Shown here in pieces: positions 49,417-59,281 of a DNA stretch of 64,000 nt; position 1 is the stretch's first letter, and the number at the start of each line of letters is the position of its first letter. The position numbers were made by a program, and so were the translations under genes. Origin of the DNA: Polyangiaceae bacterium (GTDB lineage: Bacteria > Myxococcota_A > Polyangia > Polyangiales > Polyangiaceae); contig JBILLK010000012.1 of NCBI GenBank assembly GCA_044376115.1, positions 96,001-160,000 on the forward strand. The letters are read 5' to 3'. The notes under the pieces were generated by a model, which saw only the letters and a program-made list of their open reading frames with translations, searched no databases and was not told the DNA's origin.

Positions 49417-51852
49417 TTATCGCTTCTTTGGCTTGGGCGACGGAGGGCGCCCCAAAAATCCGTTTGGCTTGTAAACGGGAGCTGTTGGCGCGCTGCTGGG
49501 AGGAGCACTCGCCGAGGGTACGACCGAGGAGACTTCGGCAGAAGCCGCTGCCGTTGCTGAGGACGATGGGGCTGGTGCCGGCTCGACTGGAGCGGCGCTG
49601 GCTGGTGCGCTCGTTGTGACGGGGTTGGTTTGTGGCTTCGGGTCCGAAGACGTTGGAGCGGGAAGAGGCGCCGCCGAGACGGATGCAACGGCGGACTTGC
49701 TGCTCGCGGAAGCCACCCACGGCTTTCGACTGAGAATCACCAGCAGGGAAATGCAGGCTAGGGCCGCGACGGTACCGCTGATGACTGCAACCAGCTTCAG
49801 ACGCTTGACCGCAGCGTCTGGCAAAGGCGGCGGAATATCCTGCGTGGTCAGATTGACCGAGCTGACGGAGGACGAAACTCCCTCGGCCCCTTCGCGTACC
49901 CGTGGCGGCGCGCTGGGCTGGGCGAGCGGACTGGGAATGGATGCCAACGAACCGCGCGTCAGCGGCAATACGCCGCCAGCTGCGGGGCCTGCCGCGCTTG
50001 AGCCCGGCGCGCTTGGAGCAACGTGCTCTGGAACCGACCGAGCGGTGGCCCTCGGCCATTCACCGGAGAGCGCCCCTGTGGAACTTGGAGCTGCGGCTGG
50101 TAGCTGAATCCCAGCTGCCTCTAGATAGGCCGCTGGAGGCTGATAAAGCGGTAGGGTCGCGTCGCGCAGCGACTCCGCTTCACTCGTTGAGCTTGGCGGA
50201 GCCAGCTCTCCAAGAGAAAGAGGTGTTGGAAGCACCTGCGTTGGAGCGGGCTGCAAGGGCGTTGGAGCGGGCTGCAAGGAGCCGAAGGTTGGAGCTGGTC
50301 GCTCGGTGCTCGATGCACCGCCAGCTCCGTCATCGGTGGTTGTGCCAGCGTCCCATAGCTCGTTGGGTTCTTCCGAAACACGCGGCGCTTGCGGAGGAGT
50401 TGCGGCGAGCCCACGTGCCGCTGCAGGCCGCTTGTCGGCGAGGCGCGGCTCGGCAATCCGCGGCTCGACACGGGGGCGTGGAGCGCCGTTTGGTGTGCCA
50501 AAGGTTGGGGCTCGCGGGGGTACAGCGCCGGTCAGGGGTAGCGTGCTTTTCGGCGATACGGCCTTACTTGCGGATGCCACCGCCGCGAGCGGAACCGTCC
50601 GCAGCGCGCCAGTGGCCGTTGGAACGGGGAGCCCATCCGTTAGCGGCTTTAGCGTCAGCAACGCGGCAGGTCGCGCCGCGTCCCCTGCACTGGCCGTCGA
50701 CGATGGGCCCGATGGCGCCGAACTCGAAGGCTGTGCTGGCGGTGGTAGCGACCACCCGAGATCGATGGCGCCTACCGGCTCATCCTTAACCACTGTGCCA
50801 GAAGCCGGCTGAACCGTCTCGCCAGGTTTGGAGGTGGGACCCGCGAGCAAGCTGCGCACGCGCACCGACGCGCTCTGCATCATCTGCTTACGGCGCTCGA
50901 GGGAGGCTTTGGCCTCAACTTTGACCCACTCCGCAACCTGCGTTCGCGACGCCGGCGGTATGGCCCGCTCCACAGCGGCAGCCATCTCCAAAGCCGTCGG
51001 GTAGCGCTCTCCTGGCTCGACCTCGAGAGCCTTTTGAACCAGCGCATCAAACTGTGCGAGAGCCGCATCTTTGCTACCAGGCGCCGCGGGCTTTTCCGAT
51101 AACAATGCAACGAGCAGTGCTGCCTCGTTGTCGCCGTCAAGCAACCGCTGGCCAGTGAGAAGCTCCCAAAGCACGATCCCTGCGCTAAACACATCGCTGC
51201 GCCGGTCCACCATGCGGCCGCGAGCCTGTTCTGGCGACATGTAGGCCAGCTTGCCTTTCAGCTGACCCTTCTGGGTTTGCTGAACGCGACCCCGCGCTTT
51301 CGCGACGCCAAAGTCGAGCACGCGCGCCATACCGTCGGTGCCGACCAGAACGTTGTGTGGGGATACGTCCCGATGGACGATCAGCAGCGGCTCCCCCTCT
51401 GGCGTCATCGCCTCATGCGCTGCATGGAGCCCACGCAGCATGTCTCGTACGATCGCTGACACGATCGGCTGAGGTACGCGGTCCTTGCGTTGGTGAACGG
51501 ATTTGATGAGCTTGGAGAGGCTTTCACCCTCGACCAGCTCGAGCACCAACAAGAGTTCTTCGGTGCCTTGCGTAACGTCGATCGTAGCGACCACGTTCTC
51601 GTGGCGAATCAACGTGCAGAGCGTGGCCTCGTCCGTGAACATCGAAACGAAATCGGGGTCTCGGGCGTAGTGTGCATGCATGCACTTGGCCGCAAAGAAC
51701 TTCGTTTCACCGTTGGAAGTGGGGGCATCCAAGTCGTGAGCAAGGTGCACCGTCGCCATACCACCAGAGGCGATCTCGTCGAGGATTAGGTAGTGACCTA
51801 TCCTCCTCCCCACGTACGGAGCGTCACCAATCAGCTGCTCCGGGGCAGTCAT
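49417..51852 (-). CDS. Membrane Ser/Thr protein kinase with a long Pro/Ala linker
   Basis: IASGGMATV, AAK, HRDVSPHN, DFGVAKA, GKLAYMSPEQ; C-terminal TM; a 21-bp duplication at 50238-50279. Confidence 0.93.
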   Translation of the reverse strand: MTAPEQLIGDAPYVGRRIGHYLILDEIASGGMATVHLAHDLDAPTSNGETKFFAAKCMHAHYARDPDFVSMFTDEATLCTLIRHENVVATIDVTQGTEELLLVLELVEGESLSKLIKSVHQRKDRVPQPIVSAIVRDMLRGLHAAHEAMTPEGEPLLIVHRDVSPHNVLVGTDGMARVLDFGVAKARGRVQQTQKGQLKGKLAYMSPEQARGRMVDRRSDVFSAGIVLWELLTGQRLLDGDNEAALLVALLSEKPAAPGSKDAALAQFDALVQKALEVEPGERYPTALEMAAAVERAIPPASRTQVAEWVKVEAKASLERRKQMMQSASVRVRSLLAGPTSKPGETVQPASGTVVKDEPVGAIDLGWSLPPPAQPSSSAPSGPSSTASAGDAARPAALLTLKPLTDGLPVPTATGALRTVPLAAVASASKAVSPKSTLPLTGAVPPRAPTFGTPNGAPRPRVEPRIAEPRLADKRPAAARGLAATPPQAPRVSEEPNELWDAGTTTDDGAGGASSTERPAPTFGSLQPAPTPLQPAPTQVLPTPLSLGELAPPSSTSEAESLRDATLPLYQPPAAYLEAAGIQLPAAAPSSTGALSGEWPRATARSVPEHVAPSAPGSSAAGPAAGGVLPLTRGSLASIPSPLAQPSAPPRVREGAEGVSSSVSSVNLTTQDIPPPLPDAAVKRLKLVAVISGTVAALACISLLVILSRKPWVASASSKSAVASVSAAPLPAPTSSDPKPQTNPVTTSAPASAAPVEPAPAPSSSATAAASAEVSSVVPSASAPPSSAPTAPVYKPNGFLGRPPSPKPKKR

Positions 51853-52598
51853 TGCCCGTCGAGGCTACCACAAGAACCTCGATCACAGAACGCGATGAGC
51901 GCGCCAAGGGCCGCCGTTGCCGCAGTTTCAGTGCGCAGCGTGGTTCTACCGAGACGAACAGCGGTGTAGCCAAGCGCACTCGCTGAGCTCAGTTCTGCAT
52001 CGGAGAAGCCGCCTTCCGGCCCGATCACAAGGTCGAAGCTGGTACCAGCGTCGACTACTGCCATCACGACTTCGACGAGGCTGCGTGCTGCGCGCGGGTG
52101 AAGGATCAGTCCAGTATCACGGCGATTTTCCCGTAGGGCGCGATCGAAGTCGCACGCGGGGGCAATCTCCGGAACATCGCTGCGCCCAGACTGCCGCGCT
52201 GCTTCGACCGCAACTCGCGCGAGACGTTGTTGAACGGCCTCACCACTTCGTTCCACAACCGTGCGCTCAGACGTCGCTGGCTGAATGGCTCGTACGCCAA
52301 GTTCGGTCGCGTCGCGCACAACCTCATCGAGCTTGGCGCCTTTGCCGACACATTGGATCAGTCGGATGTCGATTCCTCCGATCGCCACGACGTTCAGCTC
52401 TCCAACCAGCACCTCGACCCCACGCTCGTCCACGACGGCGAGCTGTGCGTCAGCCTCGAGCCTTGCAACGGGATCAAACAACCGGAGCTGGCTTCCCACT
52501 CCGAGCCGTCGAACGCGGGCGAGGTACTTCGACGTGCGTGGGTCGAGCCGGAGACGGCCAGACACGAGGCCCTCGACGGGCACTCGTACGACGTTCAC
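51849..52598 (-). CDS. rsmE: 16S rRNA m3U1498 methyltransferase
   Basis: ATELGV, EAARQSGR, IGPEGGFS, LGRTTLRTETA; the GTG start overlaps the prmA stop. Confidence 0.93.
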   Translation of the reverse strand: MNVVRVPVEGLVSGRLRLDPRTSKYLARVRRLGVGSQLRLFDPVARLEADAQLAVVDERGVEVLVGELNVVAIGGIDIRLIQCVGKGAKLDEVVRDATELGVRAIQPATSERTVVERSGEAVQQRLARVAVEAARQSGRSDVPEIAPACDFDRALRENRRDTGLILHPRAARSLVEVVMAVVDAGTSFDLVIGPEGGFSDAELSSASALGYTAVRLGRTTLRTETAATAALGALIAFCDRGSCGSLDGQ

Positions 52599-53518
52599 TG
52601 CACCGGATCCGAGAGCACGAGCGAAACCCAACCATCTCGGTCGAAGGCGCGATCACCGCCCGTTTCTGTGCGCGTGACGTCAATCACCGAAAGTGGACGC
52701 GAGAGGTTGGTGAAGCGCTTCACCATCTCCGCCTCCTCGGCCAGCAGGATCCCAGAAAGAACCAGCTTTCCTCCAGGCGCAACACGCGCGACGAGCTCCT
52801 CCGCAATCGGGTCCAAAATTCGTGACTCGATGTTGGCCAACACCCAAGGGAACGTCCCTTCGACGTCGTCCACCACACCTGCGAAGGCCTGCATCCGACC
52901 TCGAAGCTCGTTGCGGTCAGCGTTCTCCAAAACGGTGTCGAGCACCTCCGCATCGTTGTCGAGTGCGACGACGCGCTCCGCTCCCAGCATCAACGCCACG
53001 AAGCTCAAGATGCCACTGCCACAACCAACGTCGAGCACGACAGCGCCCTGGAGCAGCTCCTTGTAGCGGTCCAAAGTACGAGCCACGAGCGACGTCGTGG
53101 CGTGCAAGCCCGTACCGAAGGCCCGCCCGGGCTCGAGAACAAGCACCTTCTCACCAGCTTGTGCCGAGTACTCCGCCCAAGGCGGCCGCACGACCAGCGA
53201 GGGAGTCAAGGCAAACGGCTCGTAGTATTTCTTCCACTCATCTCGCCATTCGTCGCCGACGATCTCTTCGATCGTTGCAGACTCGACCATGCCGCCCTCG
53301 AGGGCCAGGAGTTCATCCCGCGCAGCTTCCGCGTCGTCGTGTGAATCGAAGCTCGCAACCAGAAGAACCCGCCCATCGCCGGGGCCTTTTACGTAGGTCG
53401 ACTGGTCCCGCTCTTCGACGCCGGTGGCTCCAAGCTCAAAGAGCGCCCCTGAGAGGACGTCTGTATGAGGCTCTGTCGTTACGAGATGAAGGAACGGAAA
53501 ACGCGGCTTCTGTGTCAT
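52595..53518 (-). CDS. prmA: Ribosomal protein L11 methyltransferase
   Basis: WRDEWKKYY, PPW, LEPGRAFGTGLHATT, LDVGCGSGILS, LANI, LSGIL. Confidence 0.95.
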   Translation of the reverse strand: MTQKPRFPFLHLVTTEPHTDVLSGALFELGATGVEERDQSTYVKGPGDGRVLLVASFDSHDDAEAARDELLALEGGMVESATIEEIVGDEWRDEWKKYYEPFALTPSLVVRPPWAEYSAQAGEKVLVLEPGRAFGTGLHATTSLVARTLDRYKELLQGAVVLDVGCGSGILSFVALMLGAERVVALDNDAEVLDTVLENADRNELRGRMQAFAGVVDDVEGTFPWVLANIESRILDPIAEELVARVAPGGKLVLSGILLAEEAEMVKRFTNLSRPLSVIDVTRTETGGDRAFDRDGWVSLVLSDPVQ

Positions 53519-54453
53519 TCTTTCACGCTGATTCGAACCGTGGACTCACTGCCACCGAGTTGCGTGGCAAGCACGGCTGTCAGTACTGCGCCACCAACCA
53601 CGGTGACGCCAATCGGAATCCAAAACCAAGGGCTCTCGACCACGCTCGAGCTCTCCTCGGGCACGACGATGCGCAGCGGAACCTCCGCGTCCCCGCGAGA
53701 CGAAAGCGGTAGCCCCGCCTTGTCTTTGGCTAGCACGTAGTACTCAACGAGCGGCGGCGTCACGAGCTCAGCAGGGATCTGCCCGCGAAAAGAGCCCATT
53801 GAATAGGCCAACGATTGCTCACTGAATTTACCTCCCTTCGCCGAACGAAAATAGAGGTCCACGGTCTCCACGCGCACATCGGGGTCGTCGATCGTTCCTT
53901 CGATTGGGACCGCGGTACCGGCTTCCACTTGGGCTGGCGACGCGTGTTTGATCACGACTGCCTTTGCCTCAGGGTCTCCGCCGCCCTCAACCTTTTTGCC
54001 AGGCTTTCCCTCTGCTTCCCAGGCGGCTTTTGACTTCTGGAAGAACTCGCGAAACTTTGGTGACTCGGTGGCGGGAAGCTCAAAGTTTTCATCGATTGCG
54101 TAGAGGGCCCGGACCGCTGCGTCCGCTTCCTCAGCACGCGACAATGCGATGTGATTCATGGCCAACAGCCGATAAGCAGCGATCTTCTCCGTGGGCGTCG
54201 AATCCCCGCGGACAACGATGCCGGAGAGCGTTTGAATCGACTCCTCGTAACGCTGATCATCAAAGAGATCGCTCGCTTTGGTGATCAGCGATCCGACGGT
54301 GGCGCGCTTTGGCGCGGCAGCCTGCGCCATCTTCCGTGGTTGCTTCCAGCGGGTCTTCGCTTCAGCGGGGGTTGCGACTGCGACCGCAAGCGAGAGCACC
54401 GAGAGGCCCACTACGCCACGCCAAAGCCGAGCACCACTCAACCAATGCTTCAT
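53515..54453 (-). CDS. Exported TPR-like plus Ig-like protein with a C-terminal TM
   Basis: Signal peptide (AEA), helical TPR-like part, IKH...YFRS...IP...VEYYV domain, SPWFWI TM. Confidence 0.72.
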   Translation of the reverse strand: MKHWLSGARLWRGVVGLSVLSLAVAVATPAEAKTRWKQPRKMAQAAAPKRATVGSLITKASDLFDDQRYEESIQTLSGIVVRGDSTPTEKIAAYRLLAMNHIALSRAEEADAAVRALYAIDENFELPATESPKFREFFQKSKAAWEAEGKPGKKVEGGGDPEAKAVVIKHASPAQVEAGTAVPIEGTIDDPDVRVETVDLYFRSAKGGKFSEQSLAYSMGSFRGQIPAELVTPPLVEYYVLAKDKAGLPLSSRGDAEVPLRIVVPEESSSVVESPWFWIPIGVTVVGGAVLTAVLATQLGGSESTVRISVKE

Positions 54454-54463
54454 CGCGGAAAGG

Positions 54464-54640
54464 TTACTCGTCCGGCTTGCGCGGGGAAAGAGCTCCCTTC
54501 GAACCACCCTTGGGCTCGTAGGGACAATGACGACAGCCTGAGTTGCAACACGTCCCCCGTTTCAGATGGTACGCCTCAGTGAAAACGTACTTACCATCCT
54601 CGACGTAGTAGTCCGTGCCTTCCAACAGCGGGGTCTTCAT
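54464..54640 (-). CDS. Small DUF5522-like Cys-motif protein
   Basis: MKTPLLEGTDYYVEDGKYVFTEAYHLKRGTCCNSGCRHCPY. Confidence 0.8.
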   Translation of the reverse strand: MKTPLLEGTDYYVEDGKYVFTEAYHLKRGTCCNSGCRHCPYEPKGGSKGALSPRKPDE

Positions 54641-56499
54641 TGAAGCTTTGTCGCCACACGAGTCTACCAGCCAGTGCCCGCTCGTTCGATCGGCCTCGTT
54701 CGAGTTGCGCTGGGCCGCAGAGCCCAGCTCGTAGCCTGCTGCTCGGTGCAGTGTTGCTGAGTGGTTGCGACGGCTGCAAGCGGGATAAGCCTTTCGTTCC
54801 TTTTTCAATGTCGGCGAGCCCTTCCGCAAGCGTTGAGACGTCGGCCGTCGTCCCCCCCAGCGCATCGGCGGCGCCGACATTCGCCCGGGTGGAGGCCTCT
54901 GCCCCAACAGGGGATCCGCGCAAACTCAGCTTCGGCGATCATTCGTTCAGCAGTCGCGCAGGCCGCGTCTTTCGCTTTGGAATGTTGCTCGCCCCCACCG
55001 ATGAGCGGCTGCTTGCATGGATCGAGAAGCCCACGTCCGCGGCAGGCGAGCTGGTCTTGCTGAGCTCCGATGGCAGAGAGACGAGCTTGTATCGGCTGCC
55101 GGCGAACTCCGACATCGAGCACTGTGCGCACCGCACGACGCTCAATCAAATTGGAGAGCGAGTGTTCTCGCTTTCGCTCGACCTCACGTGCGGCGATAGC
55201 CCAGTGCGCCAAACCTTGGTGGTGCTTCGCAATGAGACCGTCGTTGATGCGACAGGCGCCTCAACGGGAGAGGTCGCGGTTCGACTCGAGGCCGACGCAG
55301 TCAGTCCCATGCGACTCTCCGCTTCAACGCGCGACCACGACGCCGACGGGACGGCCGACCTGATCCTTTCCACGTCGCTGCGCGATGGCCCCCAAGTGCT
55401 GAGCCCCGTGGCCGACCTTCTCTACTTGGATCGGCCGACCGGCTTCGCTGCTGATCCATCCGAACCCGAGGCCTCACTCGGCAAACACGGAAAGGCGCTG
55501 CTGAGTCATGCGGTCGCGAAGAAGGAGACCACGCTCGAAAGCGCCCGTGCGACGCTGAGATTCGCGACCGCGTTTTGCGGTGATGCTGGCAAAAGCCGCG
55601 TCAGCACCTCGGCGGGCGTACCCAAGTGCAAGGAATCAAGGGTATTCGGGGATGCGCTGCACGCGATGGCCATCAGCTACGACCACAAGGGTGACCTGCT
55701 TCGAACGGTTTCAGCATCCGAAATCGCGGGTTCTCTCAAGTTCGAGTACGGGCGAGTCACCCAAATCGAACAGCTCTTCGCGAAAAAACTGACAAAAGTC
55801 TCCGCGACGGCCAAGCCCCTCGAGGTCGCTGCGATCTCCAAGTGGCCCAACGCCGAGCTGCGCTTCGATGCAGAGGGAAAGCTCTCGGCACGCACTTCAA
55901 CTGGCTGGGCAACCGTCGACCTCGCCAGCACCGCTGATAGCGCCCCTGCCTTCGATGATCCTCCTTCCGCAGCCACGTTCGGCAGTGGGGACAGCACCGT
56001 CACGTTGGAGGGCGCAGCGCGAAGCTGCGCTCCGCCCAAAACGCAACTATCGACTACTGCACGCGGCGCACTTCAGAACACCGAGGTCGAGTTGATGGGG
56101 AGCGGGATTCCCTGGGCTATCCGCAAGGATAGCTGCACCAGCTCGTTCCCTGCGCTTTCGCTGGTCTCGCTCGCTGAACCCAAAGCCGTGGTCACGGTCG
56201 ACGGTGAAGCGATCGAACTCACGTATGGCGATTCGGGTGTGATGGCCACCGCTGCACCCTTTTCACCGGCCAACGGCTCGGAGGTATGGGCAGTACCGTT
56301 GCTACGCTCGGTGATTGTCGGGCGCGGTACAACCCGCGAACGTTGGATGGGCAAGGAGATGGAGGGGCTTCACTCGTGCAAAGCGTCAGCCGATGGGAAG
56401 TCGGTTGCGTGCATTCGCGATACCCGTGTGGTGGTTCTTGCTCGGGACGTAGGCAAGCCCTCACCGAAGTCGCCAGCCAAGGGCGCTGCGCCACGCTGA
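54640..56499 (+). CDS. Hypothetical lipoprotein
   Basis: 619-aa ORF with LLLGAVLLSGC lipobox; start uncertain. Confidence 0.7.
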   Translation: MKLCRHTSLPASARSFDRPRSSCAGPQSPARSLLLGAVLLSGCDGCKRDKPFVPFSMSASPSASVETSAVVPPSASAAPTFARVEASAPTGDPRKLSFGDHSFSSRAGRVFRFGMLLAPTDERLLAWIEKPTSAAGELVLLSSDGRETSLYRLPANSDIEHCAHRTTLNQIGERVFSLSLDLTCGDSPVRQTLVVLRNETVVDATGASTGEVAVRLEADAVSPMRLSASTRDHDADGTADLILSTSLRDGPQVLSPVADLLYLDRPTGFAADPSEPEASLGKHGKALLSHAVAKKETTLESARATLRFATAFCGDAGKSRVSTSAGVPKCKESRVFGDALHAMAISYDHKGDLLRTVSASEIAGSLKFEYGRVTQIEQLFAKKLTKVSATAKPLEVAAISKWPNAELRFDAEGKLSARTSTGWATVDLASTADSAPAFDDPPSAATFGSGDSTVTLEGAARSCAPPKTQLSTTARGALQNTEVELMGSGIPWAIRKDSCTSSFPALSLVSLAEPKAVVTVDGEAIELTYGDSGVMATAAPFSPANGSEVWAVPLLRSVIVGRGTTRERWMGKEMEGLHSCKASADGKSVACIRDTRVVVLARDVGKPSPKSPAKGAAPR

Positions 56500-56566
56500 G
56501 CGAGCTGCAAAAGCCCGATGGCCCGCAATTGCGAGCCATCAGCCTGACGAACTGTAAAGCGCTGGG

Positions 56567-57130
56567 TCAGCGCTTGTTGACTCGTTCGATGTACTTGCCT
56601 TCGCGTGTATCGACCCGAACCCACTCACCCTCGCTTACGAAGAGCGGGACGTTCACAGTCGCGCCCGTCGAGAGCGTAGCGGGCTTGGTCGCACCGCTGG
56701 CGGTGTCCCCCTTGATACCAGGCTCGCTGGAGGTGATCTGCAAGGTCACCGAGGCGGGTAGAGTGACGCCGATCGGCTGGCCATTCCACAGCGTGACGTC
56801 AATCGTCATACCGTCGCTGAGCCACTGGGCCTCCTCCTCCATCTTGTCCCCAGGCACCATCACCTGCTCACCCGACGACTCGTGCATGAACACGTAGTTC
56901 TCGCCGTCTTGGTAGATGTACTGGAGCTGACGCTCTTCGATATCCGCCTTCTCGAGCTTCTCCCCGGACTTGTAGGTCCGCTCTAGAACCGAGCCGTCCA
57001 CCATGCTCTTGACCTTCACGCGTGTGAACGCTTGGCCCTTGCCTGGCTTGACGAACTGGAAATCAACGACGGAATACGGCTTCCCGTCGATCATCAACTT
57101 AACGCCCTTGCGGATTTCGCTTGTGTCCAT
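56567..57130 (-). CDS. efp: Elongation factor P
   Basis: FVKPGKGQAF, GIKGDTA, KPATLSTGA..VPLFV..GE...VDTR.G.Y..R. Confidence 0.97.
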   Translation of the reverse strand: MDTSEIRKGVKLMIDGKPYSVVDFQFVKPGKGQAFTRVKVKSMVDGSVLERTYKSGEKLEKADIEERQLQYIYQDGENYVFMHESSGEQVMVPGDKMEEEAQWLSDGMTIDVTLWNGQPIGVTLPASVTLQITSSEPGIKGDTASGATKPATLSTGATVNVPLFVSEGEWVRVDTREGKYIERVNKR

Positions 57131-57241
57131 GTCGAACCTTGAAAGGAAAGGACGCTTACTTGGCCCTTTGAGCTGGCCTCATTACCACACGGGAGGGCGC
57201 GCTGAGCAGTTTTCCGCTGCAGGCCGTTTTCTTGGCCCCCA

Positions 57242-58102
57242 ATGGATGACATCGACGAGGAGCTAGTTGAAATAAAGCGCGAGATTGTCGAGTCGCGTGG
57301 TCTCATCATCAAGACCAACAATCTGACGAGCGCGCTCGCGGCCGACCTCAGGATCGTCGCCAAACGACAGCAATCCTTTGAACGCACGGCGTTCTTCAAC
57401 AGCGCTTTCGCCTTCGCGATCTTTGCAGCGGTATTGGTAGGCGCCGTCTACTTCGCGTGGAACGCACGCGTGGACAGCATCGTAAAGAGCACCGAGGGCG
57501 AGCGCGAGAAAGCCAAGAAGTCCATCGACGAGCTGGAGACGCTAAAAAAGGAGCTCGAGACTCGATCAGCGACCGAAAGCGCGGCACTTGCGTTCTATGA
57601 ACTGGCTCGCACCGGTCGACGGCGCGACGTGATCGAGGCCTTCGGCAAACTACGAGAAAAGCCCCTCACCCGCGCCGAACTCCTGATGTTCACCGACCTA
57701 GTCGAGAAGGCTCGCAGCGACCTATCGGTCGAGAACTACCAGGCCGCGATGGACCACACGCGTGGCGGGCGCTGGAACGAAGCCGCAAAGGCGTTCGAGG
57801 AGTCCCTCGCGCTTTCAGAAAACGGTTCTCACGTCCCGAGCGTGAAGCTCGAGCTGGCCAAGACGCTGCGCAAGCTACGCCGACATCGCGAAGCCATTGC
57901 CATTCTAACGCCGCTCTCGGAGTCGTCACCCAACCCGGAGGTTCTCGACGACGCCATGATGCTCCTCGCCGAATGTTTGATGGATATCGAGGCGTACAAC
58001 GACGCACGAACAACGCTGCGTACATTCATTCGTCGGTTCCCAGACAGTCCCATGGTTCGCGACGCGAACATGGCGCTGTCTGATTTGAACCTAAAGCGAT
58101 GA
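57242..58102 (+). CDS. Membrane coiled-coil plus TPR protein (CpoB/YbgF-like C-terminus)
   Basis: Coiled coil, TM, then TPR repeats ending FIRRFPDSP. Confidence 0.8.
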   Translation: MDDIDEELVEIKREIVESRGLIIKTNNLTSALAADLRIVAKRQQSFERTAFFNSAFAFAIFAAVLVGAVYFAWNARVDSIVKSTEGEREKAKKSIDELETLKKELETRSATESAALAFYELARTGRRRDVIEAFGKLREKPLTRAELLMFTDLVEKARSDLSVENYQAAMDHTRGGRWNEAAKAFEESLALSENGSHVPSVKLELAKTLRKLRRHREAIAILTPLSESSPNPEVLDDAMMLLAECLMDIEAYNDARTTLRTFIRRFPDSPMVRDANMALSDLNLKR

Positions 58103-58108
58103 TGCGCA

Positions 58109-59281
58109 CTACCCGCGCGGCGGGATCGGCAGTCGAACGATAAAGACAGAGCCGACCGGCGAGCGATTCCTCGCGTACACCGAGCCACCGTGACCATGGA
58201 CGATGGTCCTCACGATATTGAGGCCAAGGCCGTTGCCGCCGCCTTCTCCACGGGTCGTGAAGTACGCCTCGAACAATTTGTCGAGGTGCTCCTCGGGAAT
58301 TCCGTGCCCCTCATCGGATACAGCGACCTCAACCATGCCATCCGTGGGGGCCTCGCTCGTGCATACCCGCAACAGGCCACCGCGTTCCATCGCCTGGCAC
58401 GCGTTGGTCAACAGGTTTACGAACACCTGCGTCAAGGGGCCATGCAACCCACGAATCGGCGGCAAGTCCCCGAAGACAAGCTCCAACCGGACGTTACTCG
58501 CTTCCAGAACATGGTCACAAAACTGAACGGCGCGCTCGATCACCTCGTGGAGGCTGAGCAGCGATGGGTCAGCGGTGGAAGGTCTCGAGTACGCCACTAG
58601 CTCGCGAGTGAAGTTCAAGACACGCGTCGCCGCCTCGGAAATGCGGGCGAGCCGATCGCGGTCAACGACATCGATGGCTCCAACCTCCCAACGCTTTCGT
58701 AAGAGGTCAGCGTAGGCCACGATCGAAGTCAGCGGGTTGTTGAGCTCGTGCACGATGCTCGCCGCCATTCTTCCAAGTCCGGCAAGCTTGTCGCTCTGCA
58801 CGGCCTTGTCGCGCAAGGAGTTCACCTCGCCTGCATCCAGCCGAAGACTCGTAACGAACCTTGAGCGTCGAACGAGCGCACCGACCGCTAGTACGAGCGC
58901 GTCAAGATCGTGAGTCGGTAGCGGTTCAGCTCCGTCCCACAGCGCAACATGGACTGTCGCTTCGGGCTCAGCGGCCAGCGGAAAGATGGCCTCATGATCG
59001 AGTTCGGGGAACAGCCGGGCTGCATCAGTGGCCCGCGGCAAGCTGGGCCGCGGAGCGTGCCGCACGATGAGCTGGCGTCCCTCAACTTGAGGCACGCATA
59101 CGCCGATGCACACATCCTCGTCACCTTCAGCAAACGTCGATACCAGCGCGTACAGGCCGTCTTCCAAATCGATGTCCGGAGACAATGACGCCAGCTGCGC
59201 CAAAACGCGCTCGCTGCGACCGCTCCCAGCGAGCACCATCGTTTCCTCTAGCCTGTCACGGCCACTCTGAACGTCGGTCAC
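58109..59281 (-). CDS. Cytoplasmic histidine kinase
   Basis: SIVHELNNPL, QVFVNLLTNA, DEGHGI, FTT...GNGLGL. Confidence 0.92.
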   Translation of the reverse strand: MTDVQSGRDRLEETMVLAGSGRSERVLAQLASLSPDIDLEDGLYALVSTFAEGDEDVCIGVCVPQVEGRQLIVRHAPRPSLPRATDAARLFPELDHEAIFPLAAEPEATVHVALWDGAEPLPTHDLDALVLAVGALVRRSRFVTSLRLDAGEVNSLRDKAVQSDKLAGLGRMAASIVHELNNPLTSIVAYADLLRKRWEVGAIDVVDRDRLARISEAATRVLNFTRELVAYSRPSTADPSLLSLHEVIERAVQFCDHVLEASNVRLELVFGDLPPIRGLHGPLTQVFVNLLTNACQAMERGGLLRVCTSEAPTDGMVEVAVSDEGHGIPEEHLDKLFEAYFTTRGEGGGNGLGLNIVRTIVHGHGGSVYARNRSPVGSVFIVRLPIPPRG

